Source: Felis catus (Eukaryota). From it: 64,000 bases of DNA. Below, piece after piece: positions 12,366 to 25,804 of the stretch. The notes beneath the pieces were generated by a model that made no database searches, had not been told where the DNA came from, and worked only from the letters and a program-made list of their open reading frames with translations. A program made the translations under genes and the position numbers. The stretch lies in contig NC_058376.1 in NCBI RefSeq assembly GCF_018350175.1, forward strand, positions 74,772,001 through 74,836,000, written 5' to 3'. Numbering within the stretch: the stretch's first letter is position 1; each line of letters opens with the position of its first letter.

Positions 12366-13040
12366 ATATATTCAGCCCATTCTCAACATAATTTCAGCAG
12401 GCACATATTGTAGAAATTAACAAACTATTCTAAAACAAGGAACAAAACTAGAGTATTTACAACTATTTGACTTCAAGGCTTACTATTATAATCAAGACAG
12501 TATAGTATTGGGATAAGAAGAAACAGATCAAGGGACCAAAATAGAGGGTTCAGAAATAGACCTCCATTTGTACAGTCAATTGTTTTTTGACAAAAGCAGC
12601 AAAGCAATTCAATAAAGATGGAAGTTGTTTCAATAAATGATGCTAGAACAATTGGATATCTATGTGGAAAAGAATATACCCTACACATGCTATACATAAA
12701 ATTTAATATAACTTTATATCATATACAAAAACTAGTATATACACAAAAGTTGTGTACGCTGGGACATATCCCTAAATGTAAAAGTAAAAAGCTCTAAAGC
12801 TTTTGAAGAAAATAAAAAATATCCTTGCAACTTGGGAGTAGACAAAGATTTCTTACGTCACAGAAAGTAATACCACAAAATAATAAAATTAATAAATTTG
12901 GACTTCATCAAACTAAAGTACTTCTGCTAATGAACTAACACCACTGATATAATTTAACAGACAAGCATCACATTGGGAGAAAACATTTTTTAAATATATA
13001 TCTGACAAAGTATACATATCCAGAATATATAAGAAATTTT

Positions 13041-13196
13041 TGGAGCCCCTGGGTGGCTCAGTCGTTTAAGCATCTGACTCTAGCCCAGGTCATGATCTTG
13101 CAGTCTGTTAGTTTGAGCCCCGCCTCGGGTTCTGTGCTGACAGTCAGCTTGGAGCCTGCTTCAGATTCTGTGTCTCTCTCTCTCTGCCCCTCCCCT

Positions 13197-13244
<48 letters not shown>

Positions 13245-13275
13245 AAAAATAAGTAAATGTTTAAAAAAATGAAAA
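13041..13275 (+). mobile_element. Can-SINE with expanded (CT)n, nested in L1
   Basis: SINE head, long CT tract and A tail. Confidence 0.9.
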
Positions 13276-13308
13276 AAATCTCACAACTCAGTAATAGGAT
13301 AAACAACC

Positions 13309-13533
13309 TGCTATCATTTGAATGTTTGTATCATCCCCCTACCCCTGCCAAATTCCTATGTTGAAATCCTAATGTCCATAATGTGTTGGAATTAGTGACA
13401 TTTGGGAGGCCTTAAATTATGTGAGTGGAGCCCTCATGAATGAGATTAGCAACCTAAAGGAGACCCCATATGGCTAACTTCTCCACCATGTGAAGTTCCA
13501 GCAAAGAAAATTTATGAACCAGAAAGAGGCTCT
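13309..13533 (+). mobile_element. MaLR LTR (MLT1A-like) nested in L1, 3' end in gap
   Basis: tgctatcatttgaatgtttgt...caaattcctatgttgaaatcctaa...ggagccctcatgaatgagattag. Confidence 0.75.
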
Positions 13534-14578
13534 NNNNNNNNNNNNNNNNNNNNNNNNNNNNNNNNNNNNNNNNNNNNNNNNNNNNNNNNNNNNNNNNNNN
13601 NNNNNNNNNNNNNNNNNNNNNNNNNNNNNNNNNNNNNNNNNNNNNNNNNNNNNNNNNNNNNNNNNNNNNNNNNNNNNNNNNNNNNNNNNNNNNNNNNNNN
13701 AGGTGTATGTGTATATATATATACCTCTATATCTTCTTTTGTGTAGTGCTTGCTTCAATNNNNNNNNNNNNNNNNNNNNNNNNNNNNNNNNNNNNNNNNN
13801 NNNNNNNNNNNNNNNNNNNNNNNNNNNNNNNNNNNNNNNNNNNNNNNNNNNNNNNNNNNNNNNNNNNNNNNNNNNNNNNNNNNNNNNNNNNNNNNNNNNN
13901 NNNNNNNNNNNNNNNNNNNNNNNNNNNNNNNNNNNNNNNNNNNNNNNNNNNNNNNNNNNNNNNNNNNNNNNNTACAGTGTTCAATGTTATTAGTCATCCA
14001 GGAAATGCAAATTAAAACCACAATGAGATACCACTGTATCTTCACTAAAACTGCTAAAATTAAAAAGACTTTAGGCGAGGATGTGAGCCAACCAGAACTC
14101 TCAGGCACTGCTGATGGAAATGTAAGATGGTATGAGCACTTTGGAAGAATGTTTGGCAGTTTCTTACAAAGTTAAACATACAGCTCCCCTTTTGTCTAGC
14201 AATTCCAGTCTTAAAATTTATCTAAGAGACATAAAACACAGGTGCACAAATAAGATTGTATAAAAATGTTTATAGCAGCTTTGTTCACAATAGCCAAGAA
14301 CTAGAACCAAACCAAATGTGCATCAACAAAAAATAGATAAACAAACTTATACAAGGAAATACTACTCAACCCAAACAGGGAAGAGCTACTGGATTTGTAA
14401 CGACATGAATGAGTCTAACAGACATGTTGAAATCAAAAGAGGATGTTCCATTTATGGGAAAATGGATGTTGGAAGTGGGAAAGCAACATTGGGAAACTTT
14501 TTAGGAATATAGAGATAGATGTTCATATGCTAGGGGTCTGAATGGCTTGTATGTATCTGTTTATCATAATGTACAGCT

Positions 14579-14790
14579 GGGGCATCTGGTGGCTCAGTCA
14601 GTTGAGCACCCGACTTTGGCTTAGCTTATGATTTCACAGTTCATGAGTTCGAGCCCCTGACATCACTGCTGTCAGCACAGAGTCTGCTTTGGATCCTGTG
14701 TCCCTTTCTCTCTGCTCCTCCCCCTCTCTCTGCTCCTCCCCCACTTGTGCTCGCTCTCTCTCTCTTTCTTGAAAATAAATAAACATTTTA
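14579..14790 (+). mobile_element. Can-SINE
   Basis: SINE head and B box. Flanking repeat aatgtacagct on both sides. Confidence 0.9.
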
Positions 14791-15164
14791 AAAATGTACA
14801 GCTAGGATTTGTGCATTCCAAGTTTCAAGTATGTGTACGTGCATTTTATATACATCTCTAAGTTGATTGACTGGGGAGGGTTGAAGTAGGTGGAAATTAG
14901 ATGGGACAAGAGTGACCAAATGTGGATAATTATGGGAGCCAGATGGTAGGTCCACGAGGGCTCCTCGTACTTGTCTGTTCACCTTGTACGTATTAGAAAG
15001 TTTTCATCAAAATAGCTGTAAAATGTATCACATACTTCTTGTCAAAATGATTCAGGAAGGAAATAAAATGGATTTCACTTTCTTGTTTTGTGGGTGTGAG
15101 AGGGAAGAGCAAAGGAGGAGTATGGAAGGCAGGCTGTGTGCTATGTAGAATTTATTCCAGCTGT

Positions 15165-15844
15165 CTGTGTTTCCTATTGCTGCTGTAATAAACTACCCCA
15201 AATGTAATGGCTTAAAACAAAACAAACTTATTTTCTTCCTGTTCTAGAGGTCAGAAATAAGATATGGTTTCACTGAGCTAAAAGCACAGTGTCCACAGTG
15301 CTGCTGCTTTTTTGGGAGCTCTCAGGGAGAAGTTGTTTTTTGTATGTTGGTTGGTTTGTTTATTTGTTTTGCCTTTTCCAGCTTTTAGAGGCTGTCCACA
15401 TTCCTTGGCTTCTGGTTCACTTCCATCTTCAAAGCTGGCAATAGCTGGTTAAATCTTTGGAACATCATATCCCTTTGACACTTACTCTCCTACCTCTCTC
15501 TTCCACATTTAGGGACGCTTGTGGTTTCATTGGGCCCATCCAGATAATCTGGGATGATCTTTCTATTGTACTTTATTTATTTTTTAAAGTTTATTTCTTT
15601 TTGAGAGACAGAGATGGCATGAGTGGGGCACGGGCAGAGAGAAGGAGAGAGAGCATTCCAAGCAGGCTCCACACTGTCAACACAGAGCCCGATGCGGGGC
15701 TTGAACCCACGAAACTGTGAGATCAGGACCTGAGCCAAAATCAAGAGCCAGACGCTTAACCGACTGAGCCACCCAGTTGCCCCCAGTCTTCCTGTTTTAA
15801 AGTGAACTGGTTAGCGACCTTAATTCCATCTGAATTCTTTTTTT

Positions 15845-15879
<35 letters not shown>

Positions 15880-16176
15880 GCGTTTATTTATTTTTGAGAC
15901 AGAGAGAGACAGAGCATGAATGGGGAAGGGTCAGAGAGAGAGGGAGACACAGTATCTGAAACAGGCTCCAGGCTCCAAGCTGTCAGCATAGAGCCCGACA
16001 CGGGGCTCGAGCTCATGGACCGCGATATCATGACCTGAGCCGAAGTTGGACACTCAACCAACTGAGCCACCCAGGCACCCCCCATCTGAATTCTTAATTC
16101 TCCTTTGCCATATTCACAGGTTCCAAGGATTCAGATGCAGACTTCTTTGTGGGAGGCTTTATTCTGCCTACCTCAC
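15165..16176 (-). mobile_element. MaLR LTR (MLT1D-like) split by two minus-strand Can-SINEs (about 15570-15784 and 15839-16081)
   Basis: tttcctattgctgctgtaataaactacc...cattgggcccatccagataatctggg...attctgcctacctca. The second SINE has TSD CCATCTGAATTCTT at 15825-15838 and 16082-16095. Confidence 0.8.
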
Positions 16177-17564
16177 AGCTCCATTTAAATTCTTTTGACC
16201 AATCTCTCTCTCTGATACTAAGGAGTGTGTGTATGCGTGTTGGTGTGTGTGAGTGTGAGTTATCCAGTTTATGCAGCTCAGCCACATCAGAAATAGCTGT
16301 AGTTTCAAAATTGTACTTCTCTAATCTTTGTTCTTCATATTCATCATTTTCTTTGTTTTAATGACTTTTATACCTTTGTCCTTTCTAAGAAGAAATCTCA
16401 AGTCTGCACTACATGTCACAAATTTCATTTGCTGCAGTGGCACTTTTGCCTTCTAAGTAATTTCTAAAGTTATTTCTGCGTTGTAAACCTTGAAATATTT
16501 CCTCTTACTTATCTTTATTGCTTTCTGTGCCTATATCTTAGAGGCCAAGATTTGTCATCATATTAAAGATGCAAAATTATTGTCTAAAATTTGTCCTGTC
16601 CCTATAGTGAACAAACTCCTAGACAATAAATTCATGGATGTGATCTTCCTCTGGATCTTTCTATTATAATGACTGCTATGATGACTATTACCCAGCGGAC
16701 ACCCATTTAATGTGCTAGACACTAGGCTGCCATTTACCTATAACATATCCTTCCGGTTTTCACAGGCTTCATCTTTTCTTTTTCTTCCCTGTTCTTCTAA
16801 GGTCAAGGGGTTTACTTTGTTTTACGTAGCAAAGGAAGTATTGACTAATGACTATAATCTTCAATTCTGCTGTGTAGGTCTTATGCTTAGTGGTTATCGC
16901 TCTATGAATCTGGCTAGAGGTTTTTGTCATATTTTTGTTGAGTTTTCACAAGTATTTTAATTATTAGGAAAAAAAACTGCACCAAGGACTACTAAAATAC
17001 CTTATTGGCTAAGAAAGTATGGCTCCATTGTAGATACTCAAACTGAAGACATGCCTCAGCCCTACACACTTCTGAGGTGAGGTAAAGTTTTAAATTGAAT
17101 TTATGTTGTTTTTCCAGACTTCTCTTTTCCTTCCACCATTGAAAGAGTAGACAGCTTTTGTAATTTCTTTACATCAGGGAGGTTAGCAGGAAGGTAGTGT
17201 GGGGGAATTCAAAGGCTGTTTTGCTGAAAGCTTTCTATGAAAGCTTAAGCCTGTGTTGGAATTTTGCTAGGAGCCTAGGAGTAGAGAGAGGGCCTTGGAG
17301 AAGCAAAAGTTGGGAGGGTGGAGATTCCTAGAGGCCAGAAAGAGGAGAATGTTCTCCCCTAACTACCCTCCCTGTACATGGAAGAGATTAAGACCTCTGA
17401 GTGTTCACAGCCCCCCAGAAGATCTCACCTAAGCATGATCAGAAACCGCAGATCCATCAGATTCAAAAGGATCATGAAGACTAGGAATCTGGGGGGACTC
17501 CAGAGGTTACCTATGACCACTAATTAGAAAAAGAACTATTTTCTGTGCACATGGTTATCTATGA

Positions 17565-18351
17565 CCAGTATATCCATGTGGTGGAAATATCGTATGATAG
17601 TGTGCTGCATATCTCTTTCCAACCCTGCATTCATTAGTTATTGTGGCAGTATTTACACCATAGAATTCAGCAAACACTACCAATCAGGGCTTGATTTATT
17701 ATTTTGCTGATTGTTTAAGCTTAAGAAAGTTATGAAAAAACAGTAATACTATGGGTTAAATTTAAATTTTTTACCGTTTATTCATTTTTGAGAGACAGAG
17801 ACAGAGCATGAGCGGGCAAGGGGCAGAGAGAGGGAGACACAGAATCTGAAGCAGGCTCCAGGCTCTGCGCTGTCAGCACAGAGCCCACGCAGGGCTCAAA
17901 CTCACGAACTGCAAGGTCATGACCTGAGCTGAAGTCAGACACTCAACCGACTGAGCCACCCAGGCACCCCTACTATGGGTTACATTTAGAAGTGTGTTGT
18001 ATCTGTGGCTATCTCATTGTGAAGAGCACAGAAAACTGAGGAAATATCCTTCCAGTATTTAAAACATTTTAACTGATTCAGTAAAGAAGTCATGCACATT
18101 ATCATGAATTATTTAAGTGCTCACATAAGCCTTTGTTGTTTCATTTTCCTCTTATTAATGTGTAGGCAAATAGCAACCAATATTCATGTCAGATTTCAAC
18201 TCATAGGTCAATGATGTGAGCAACTTCTTTGCTGAGTAGATAGCAATCAAAATAATCAAGCATTTATTCCTAGTCAAACGTATCATAAACTTGCATAAAT
18301 ATGCGTAATTTTTTTGTAAAGCTAATTAAACATTTAGTAGCATACCACTGG
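17565..18351. mobile_element. hAT DNA transposon remnant (MER63-like) with nested minus-strand Can-SINE (17763-17970)
   Basis: gtatttacaccatagaattcagcaaacactaccaatcagggct and a TIR-like end aaacatttagtagcataccactgg. SINE TSD TACTATGGGTTA at 17747-17758 and 17971-17982. Confidence 0.65.
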
Positions 18352-19446
18352 TATGCATATGCATGCTTAAGTAGTACACCAGTTGTTTTCTTCAATCTGT
18401 TTCCATCTTTCCATCACTGAAAACTTTTGCCATTTAGTTTTTAATTTGTTTTGAAGTTTCCTATGTCTCTGACCACTTATATGCCATCTCATTTTTGGGA
18501 GGCACTGCCATAACCAGAGCCTGCAAAAGTATTGCTCTCTTCCACTCCCTGGGTTCTGAGGCTTTCTCCCTCCTGCTTGGAGGTGTTTTTGATCCCCCTT
18601 TGGAACATTTGCTTTTTGCTTCCTTTTTAGACTAAAAATATATCCTCTACTTCCACCATGTTCCCAAACTTAGCCTGTGTGAGAAATAAAATACATCTTA
18701 GGCCCTTAAGTAATTTTGCATGGCAATCCATTCTAGGAGTACCTGTACAAACTCCTCCCCAGCTTGCTAGTGCCTTCCTCAGCTAGAGTAGACTGAACCG
18801 TGTGCCTCGCAGAGGGATCAGATCCCACATCCTTGCTGTTCATTGTTGCAAGCTGTTGATAGCCTCCTTACTTTCTCATACTTTGAGTGGTCCTTCCTTT
18901 GCAGTGGGGAGGGCCAAGGTGAGCAGTTGAGGCAGTAGCTTGCCACAAGTGCTCTAATCGTAATGTAACTCACGAACACCATCAGGAAAGTGAGCTCTAC
19001 CATCTCCTGGTCTGGAGACCTGCCTACACCGTGATGGTGCCAGCATTTAGAAAAGGCAAAATGATTCATTCACCTGTTTATTCCAGTTAGGAGCAATGAC
19101 AGGAGTGTGTAACACCCAAGGAGTTCTTAACAAGCAGGACTGGATTTATGTCTTTACAGAAAACAAATAGAAATTAGAACTCCTTCCTTTGCTTCCTTTG
19201 TTTGCTGTTTTGTTTCTTCCTTGGGGATGTGTGAGATTAAGAGAAGCAGAAGGGTGGGGGGAAGAAATGCTGCAAGGATGTGTGTGGTGAACTTGGGGTT
19301 CAATGACTATTTTAGGCTTGTACTTCCACATGATTCTATTACCATGACATCATAATATGTGCTAATGTGTCTATTCCATTCTAGAAAAAGCTAGTATATG
19401 TAAGGCATTTAGAGCTGTGCAAGGTATATAGTAAGCTCTTACTAAT

Positions 19447-19880
19447 TGTATTAGTTGAGGTAGAATGGGCTATTTTGCTTTAGAAAATAGACTTCCAAAT
19501 CTCAAGGACTTAATCCCATACAGAGCTATTTCCTTCTCACATAGCAGTCTGATGTATAATGGGGGGAGGGGAGCTTTCCTGAAGGCTAGAGACTCAGACC
19601 TGCAGCTTGCTTCCTGCTTGAACCTATACCATCTGAATACCATATACCAGCCTTCAAGGTCACTTTGGAGGGCCCAGAGTGTTGTCTGGGATAATTGCTA
19701 AGGACTAAAATAGAAATAACGTGAAAGCGACCACTCTGAGAGTGGGCAATAGGTCAAAGATTACTTCTGCCCACATTCGATTGGCCAGAACCTAGTCATA
19801 TGGCCCACTTAACCACAAGGAAAGCTGGGAACCACAGAGGAGCACATGGAGAACTGTGCAGACTGCCTACTTTTGCCATT
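19447..19880 (-). mobile_element. Old MaLR LTR (MLT1J/K-like)
   Basis: tgtattagtt start and cttctgcccacattcgattggccagaacctagtcatatggccca motif. Confidence 0.6.
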
Positions 19881-21399
19881 ATGAGCATTAGCTATAACAA
19901 CAACACCAATAATAGTAATCTTATTATTCTCCAATGATAGCATTATTATTCTCCAAGAATGGAGTATTTTCTTCTGGTTATGTTTGCTGTCTATATTTCT
20001 ATTGAACTCAGAGTTTTAGATTACTTTGTAACTTATGCCATCTGTTTCTAAAATACCATGAAACTTATCTTTATTTTGTCCATAATGGGAGAGTAACCTA
20101 ATTTTATTTTATTCTCCATATCAGGAGAGCCACCTTACTGACAGCAGTTGAATTTCCTAGAAACCAACTAAACAAGGGCTCAGAGTTAAAATTCAGTCAA
20201 TATAAAGAAATGAAGTATTTATCACACACTTGAGTATGCAGTCTGAGACTGATTCCTACCCCCTCAAAATATACACTCTATGCAGAGATACTGAAAGAGA
20301 TTGAAGTAATCTCAACTTTTAGGACCATTCCATGAGCCTGTTAATGAGGTCTGGCCATTTTAAGAGCACTGAAAAAAAAAAAAAGGTTCTTGTGAGCTAC
20401 AGCCTCCCATATGTTAGGTTGCAGCTTAGAGATCTGGTGGAGAAAGGGTTGCACTTGGTAATCTTATGTATCAACCAAAAAGCATGAGAAAGACTGTATT
20501 CTAGTCCTCACCCTCTGGTTCTTTTAGGACACTGAGTTTAAGGCTTCCAGTTCTGCCAATGGGCAGTGCAGACAATGTCATTTCCATTTTGTATTTTTAT
20601 GAGTTCAGAGAAATATATTAATTTTCTCAAGGTCACAAGGTAAATTGGAAGTGTATGGTATATTTAGGGCTCAATATGCAAACCATTTGTCTGGGAGAAT
20701 AATGGGAGAGAAAACTGGAAAATAGGTTCAGAGCAGATCATAGAGTGGTTTGAAGATGTCCACTTATGTTTTGGATATTTTTCTTTTGGCAAAAGGACTT
20801 ATGTGCAATTTCCTTGCAAGGAAGCACCATGATCCAGATGGTGCTTTATGGAGATTAATCTACCAGGGAGAAGGGTTGGTTAAAGGTAGGAAGCAAAAAA
20901 CAGAGAGCCTACTTAGGAGGAATAGTAATTATCCCAATGTGGTCTGACTCAGATTATGGTTATAGGGTCAAAGATGGAAATTAAAATTTAAGCCTAAGTG
21001 CAGCATTTTCATTTTCTATTTAAGGCTGAAAGATGTTTAAATGCTTTTAAAATGAACTTTTTTGATGTCATGTTTCTCTTTCTTTTCCTTTTATTTTTTT
21101 TAAAGATTTTCCCCCTATTTAATCTGCTGTGTTTCATCCCACTGAATTCTCAGCCCACAAAAGATCATTTAAGTAGCACTTCATTAAGAATGATAAAGAC
21201 ATTGGGAGAAGCCAGGATGCTCTCAACCAACATTTCCATCATCTATCATCTGGCTTGATAAGTAGCACTTCCAATGTGAGGCATCAGGGTGTTCTTCAAC
21301 TTCAACGAAGAATGATCTCTGGGCAGGAGCCCTGGTGTATCACATCCAGTGCTGTCTCCTTACTAACCTTTAACATCTGAAGACCTTCCACCAGCGCAT

Positions 21400-21580
21400 C
21401 TTGATCAACTAATAGACATTTACCAGTGTGTTAAATGATGTGATAAAGGATGCAAATCAACAGCCAGATGAAGAGATGCCTAGGGCGACATGTGGGAAAA
21501 GGGTACAAGTTTTCATGCCCTCTCCAGGCCACCACTCTCCCCATATCTCCACATGTTCACCAATCTGGCAGCTCCTCTCC
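21400..21580. mobile_element. ERV LTR fragment (MER21/LTR77-like)
   Basis: aaaggatgcaaatcaacagccagatgaagagatgcctagggcg...catgccctctccaggc. Confidence 0.5.
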
Positions 21581-21704
21581 TTTCCTCTTTTGAAGTATCC
21601 ATTCTGTCTGATGGCTTTTACATCCATACTTCCTTCATTCCAGCAGTGGCCCTGCCAGCTGTCAGAGGACTGAAATCTTCATGGACCCATTCTGGAGTTT
21701 TCTT

Positions 21705-21940
21705 TTGTTATGTTATGTTATGTTATGTTATGTTATGTTATGTTATGTTATGTTATGTTATGTTATTTTTAGAGAGAGAAGTGGGGGGAGAGGGGCAAAG
21801 AGAGAGAGAGAGAATCCCAAGCAGGCTCCACACTCAGTGCAGAGACCAATGTAGGGGCTTGATCCGATGACACTGGGGTCATAACCTGAACCAAATCAAG
21901 AGTCAGATGCCCAACCCACTGAGCCACCCAGGCACTCCTG
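21705..21940 (-). mobile_element. Can-SINE whose tail is a (TGTTA)n pentanucleotide microsatellite
   Basis: About 12 TGTTA units at 21706-21765 followed by a reverse SINE body. Confidence 0.9.
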
Positions 21941-22274
21941 GGGTTTTCTTCTATGAGTTCTTCTTTTCTCCAACCATTCTAATGATTCTCTGATCTGCCC
22001 TCTATTACTTAATACATTCCTTTTCTGCTCACTTTTCCTAGAGGCTGTTTCTGCTACTTCCAAATAAGAGCCATTACTGATTCATTTGTTAAATTTGATG
22101 CCATAACCTGGACGTTAACTAGAACTACCCTGCCCTGATGATTTAGATAAAATTGATTCAAACTATATTCAATAGGTTGCGGAAAGTCCAATGTCTTCTC
22201 CAAGATTTCTACACATTCTACAGGAGATCTAGGTTGTCATGGACACATCTGACTCAGTCTTTTGCTTCCTCTAA

Positions 22275-22484
22275 ATCAGGATTTCTCAACCTTGACATTT
22301 TAGGCTGGACAATTCTTTCTTGTGGGTGGCTGTCTTTCACATTGGAGGAATTTTGGCAGCATTCCTGGCTGCTACCCACTTGATGCTAGCGGTTATTCTG
22401 TCCTAGTTATGATCATCAAAAGTGTCTCCAGACATTACTAAATGTTGCCTGGGGGGCAAAATCACTCCTACTTCGGAACCACTA
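22275..22484. mobile_element. MER20 (hAT-Charlie MITE)
   Basis: caggatttctcaaccttgacatttt...gtctccagacattactaaatgttgcctggggggcaaaatcactcc...gaaccact. Confidence 0.85.
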
Positions 22485-23069
22485 TCCTAAATTAGTTTAG
22501 TGTAGGAACTGACACCTATTGTCCCTGTTGTCACCAAGTCATCATAGGCATGGTACTCAAACTTTTTTCTTAATTTCCACCATTTTTTTTAAGTCACAAA
22601 AGGTACCTCTACTGGTAGAAAATATGACGGAAGTTCAGGGGAAATTGAGAGATTTTCATCATGAGTATGCAACCAATAAGAATTTGTTAGGTGCCCATAT
22701 TCTTAAAAACTTCTCTTGGTCATTTTTTCTAGCCTCTGGCCACATTGCTTGCCCCTCCTTGGTTTCTCTTCCCTTATCTCTCTTTACCTTCTCTATTCTC
22801 TGTTCTTCCCTACTTGCAAATTTGTGTCCATTTTCAATTCAGTGGTTTAGTTATATTATTTTACTTCTCTGTACCAACTCATCTCCTTAGGGTCTTACTT
22901 TCCACCCCTAATTGGTGAATTGAGGTGTTTTTCTGAACAAAAAAGGCACCTCTCCCATAGTAATTCTGTAACCTATTATGATAATTAAAATGGAATCTTG
23001 TTGCAGTTCTCACTGACAAGCTCCCTCTATGTAGCCACAGTAGTATTAACCCCTTTCACAGGAAGAAAG

Positions 23070-23360
23070 CTATTCTCATTATCTACTGCAGCATAACAAC
23101 TGACCAAAACTTAGTGGCTTAAAATAACAACCGTTACGTCATATCTCTCTTCAAATGGCATATCCACGAGCTTAGCTTGGATTCCTCCAGCAGGCTATGC
23201 CTGGACTAGTTCACTTTTTACATGGTGGCTCAGGGCTCCTGGAGGAAGGGCTTTATGTACCAAGAAGAGAGAGCTGCCAGTGTCTTAAGCCTTGAGTCTT
23301 CAGTGTCCCTTTTCACATATGGGTCAAAGTAGTCACAGAGCCTGTCAGATTCAAGTCAAA
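23070..23360 (-). mobile_element. MaLR LTR fragment (MLT1F/H-like)
   Basis: atctactgcagcataacaactgaccaaaacttagtggcttaaaataacaacc. Confidence 0.55.
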
Positions 23361-25570
23361 GTGTTGTATCTTTATTTTACAACAAATTTTGATGTTACTC
23401 CTTCATGCCAGTTACCCTCTTCCCCACCCAGGACCCCTCCAAAGTTCCATTCCATCAGACTCAGACTTGAGATCTAGGTTTTTGATGCATCAGATAACTA
23501 AAAAAAAGAGCCAAGAGAGCCTGGTGCTCTGAAAGCTGAGGAACAGATGGATCTCAAGAAGATCAAGTAACAGAGATGAGGAGAGGAGAGCTTTGGCTGT
23601 GGCCAATGGAAGACTTGGGTCCCCTACTCTCACTCCTTCACTGTGATGGTGATGCTGGGAGCCAGAGACCTTGTTTATTTCCCTTATTATATATGTTTCT
23701 TTTCCTGATGACACAGCACATGTTTCTTCTAGAAATTCAGAAAATATGGAAAATTATAAAAAAGAAAGTGTAATGCATAGATAACCCCTGAAACCTTGCA
23801 TTGAATTGATTTCTGTATTCTTTATATAAACATGAATACTTACAGATGCATGTATATATGAGCATATGTGTATACATATTTATTCCTTTTTACTCCCGTG
23901 CTTCCTCTGATTGTTCAATCACCAGCAAGACTTTGTGTGCGTGTGTGTGTGTGTGTGTGTGCACGCAGGGTAAGGTCACAGCAGGAATGTGAAGAGAAAG
24001 GAAGGAGACAATTATCCGTATTTACATTTTCTAAATAGACTTGACATTCCTGGAAGAGACATTACTTAGAGAAAAAAGATTTCTGAGTCTCCAAGTTTGC
24101 CTTTGGGGACAAAAGCTCAATTTTATCTTTGTAAATAATAGACTTTGGAAGCATGAGTGATGTAGGAGTCAATTTTCCTGCCGTGGATTTGATAGAAATG
24201 TCACAGCTGAGCAAGGAGAGATTTGGGAGGAATGATGGAGTTTGGTGTTGGTCTAGGTCTCACAGACACTCCCATACTTTGCAGAAAAATGGAAGTCCTA
24301 CCGTGGTGGGGCCGGGACCTCAAGCAGAGGACTATATACTAATTCCCGGGGAAATCTGAGGGGGCAGTGATAATGGCACAGAAGTCTCTTGTGCTCACAC
24401 ATCACAGCAGTAATGAAGAAATGAGCAAAACAAGGCAAGTCTAGCTGGAGAGCTCACCCCACGTTGCCTGTGGCCAAGGAGGCTTGGGAAAGTGCCCTGG
24501 GGTTTCATTTGCTCCAAAGGTGTAGAGAAGGACCAAGAGAAGGCAGAGAGACAACTCTTGATGGAGCCACAAGTGTCTAAGTGGAGGCAAGCCCACCACG
24601 TGCAAATCACCAGATAAACAAAGACAAGTGATGACTCAACCTATGCCAGTGACAGACAGAGGGTGAGGAAGGACCGGCCTTTCCTCGCTCTGTGCTGCCA
24701 CAATCCAGTGGACAGAGGGGCCAATCTAATGGGAGGAGGAGGGAAGCGGTAGATCCCTTAAATGATTGTTTAAACACAAAGCACTGAAGAAAACCCTGGT
24801 GTGATTGAGCTACCTCATAGCTAACCAGATCCATTTTTGTCCATCAGGCAAAATGAAGGATTAAAGCAAAAATCAAGTTGACATTTAAACAAAAATAGTT
24901 ACATTTTCTGCACACTGTGACCTGAGAAGTATGTGTCATTGTTTGTTTGTGTGTGTGTATACATGGTCACCTCTATTATTCCCTGATGTTTTGATCACAC
25001 TGTTGATGGAGTTTTACTAAACATTATATCATGAACAATTTAACCATGTCATTAAATATTCTTAGGAATGCCCTTATTGCGTGCATAATAAGTCCAGTAT
25101 ACTGATAGTGTTCCTTCCTTCCCCTTCCTTCCTTTCCTCCACAACTACCCCATTGTGAAACACTTTGTTTCAAATTGTTCATTGTTAAATGTAACGTTTT
25201 TAAAAAATGTTTTAAATCTTTTTCTGTAACTTGCATTAATTTCCTGTGGAACAGTTTCCAAAAGTGAATTTACTGGGTGCAGGTACATAAATATCTTTAA
25301 GTCTTCTCATTCACATTGTCAAACTGCCCCTCCCCCCCCCCCACCTAACTTTGCCTTTTATATGCCCACCAGACAGTTCCTTCACACAAATGTGTCTTTT
25401 CTCAGAGACTACTCAGGAAGGTAAAGTTCTGTGTAAGTGTTACAAAGTGGGGTATGGTCCCAGCATATTAAAGGCCCTGAGTATATTTTGACTCGTCTGG
25501 ACTTTGAAACATCAAAAGTGAGTAGCGTTCTAGACTGTCCTTTGCCATTGAAAGTATATAAAATGTTAAG

Positions 25571-25584
25571 CCACTAGAGGGCAG
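25571..25584 (+). promoter_or_regulatory. Candidate CTCF site
   Basis: CCACTAGAGGGCAG matches the CTCF core consensus CCASYAGRKGGCRS and lies in non-repeat sequence. Confidence 0.6.
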
Positions 25585-25804
25585 AGTTATCTCACTAAAC
25601 CAAGGGGTTTTTTTTTTGTTTGTTTTTGTAGAGCCCAAGCCAGTTCATAACATCAACCTACATCTAAATCTTGACATTGCCGTCAAGGTGGCTTCAATTA
25701 TTTTAACAAAGTGACAAACAGAGGCAGGGATGCTTTAAATTTAAACCAGGCAGTTCCCAATTACTGTAATAAACACATTGTATTCACACTGCTTCTTAAA
25801 GACT

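Larger units (their letters stand above)
12375..14460 (+). mobile_element. Old L1 (L1M) ORF2 3' part and 3' UTR, interrupted by a SINE and an LTR
   Basis: Degenerate L1 ORF2 motifs: ttgacaaaagcagcaaagcaattcaat, ggacttcatcaaa, ggaaatgcaaattaaaaccacaatgagataccac. Confidence 0.85.
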
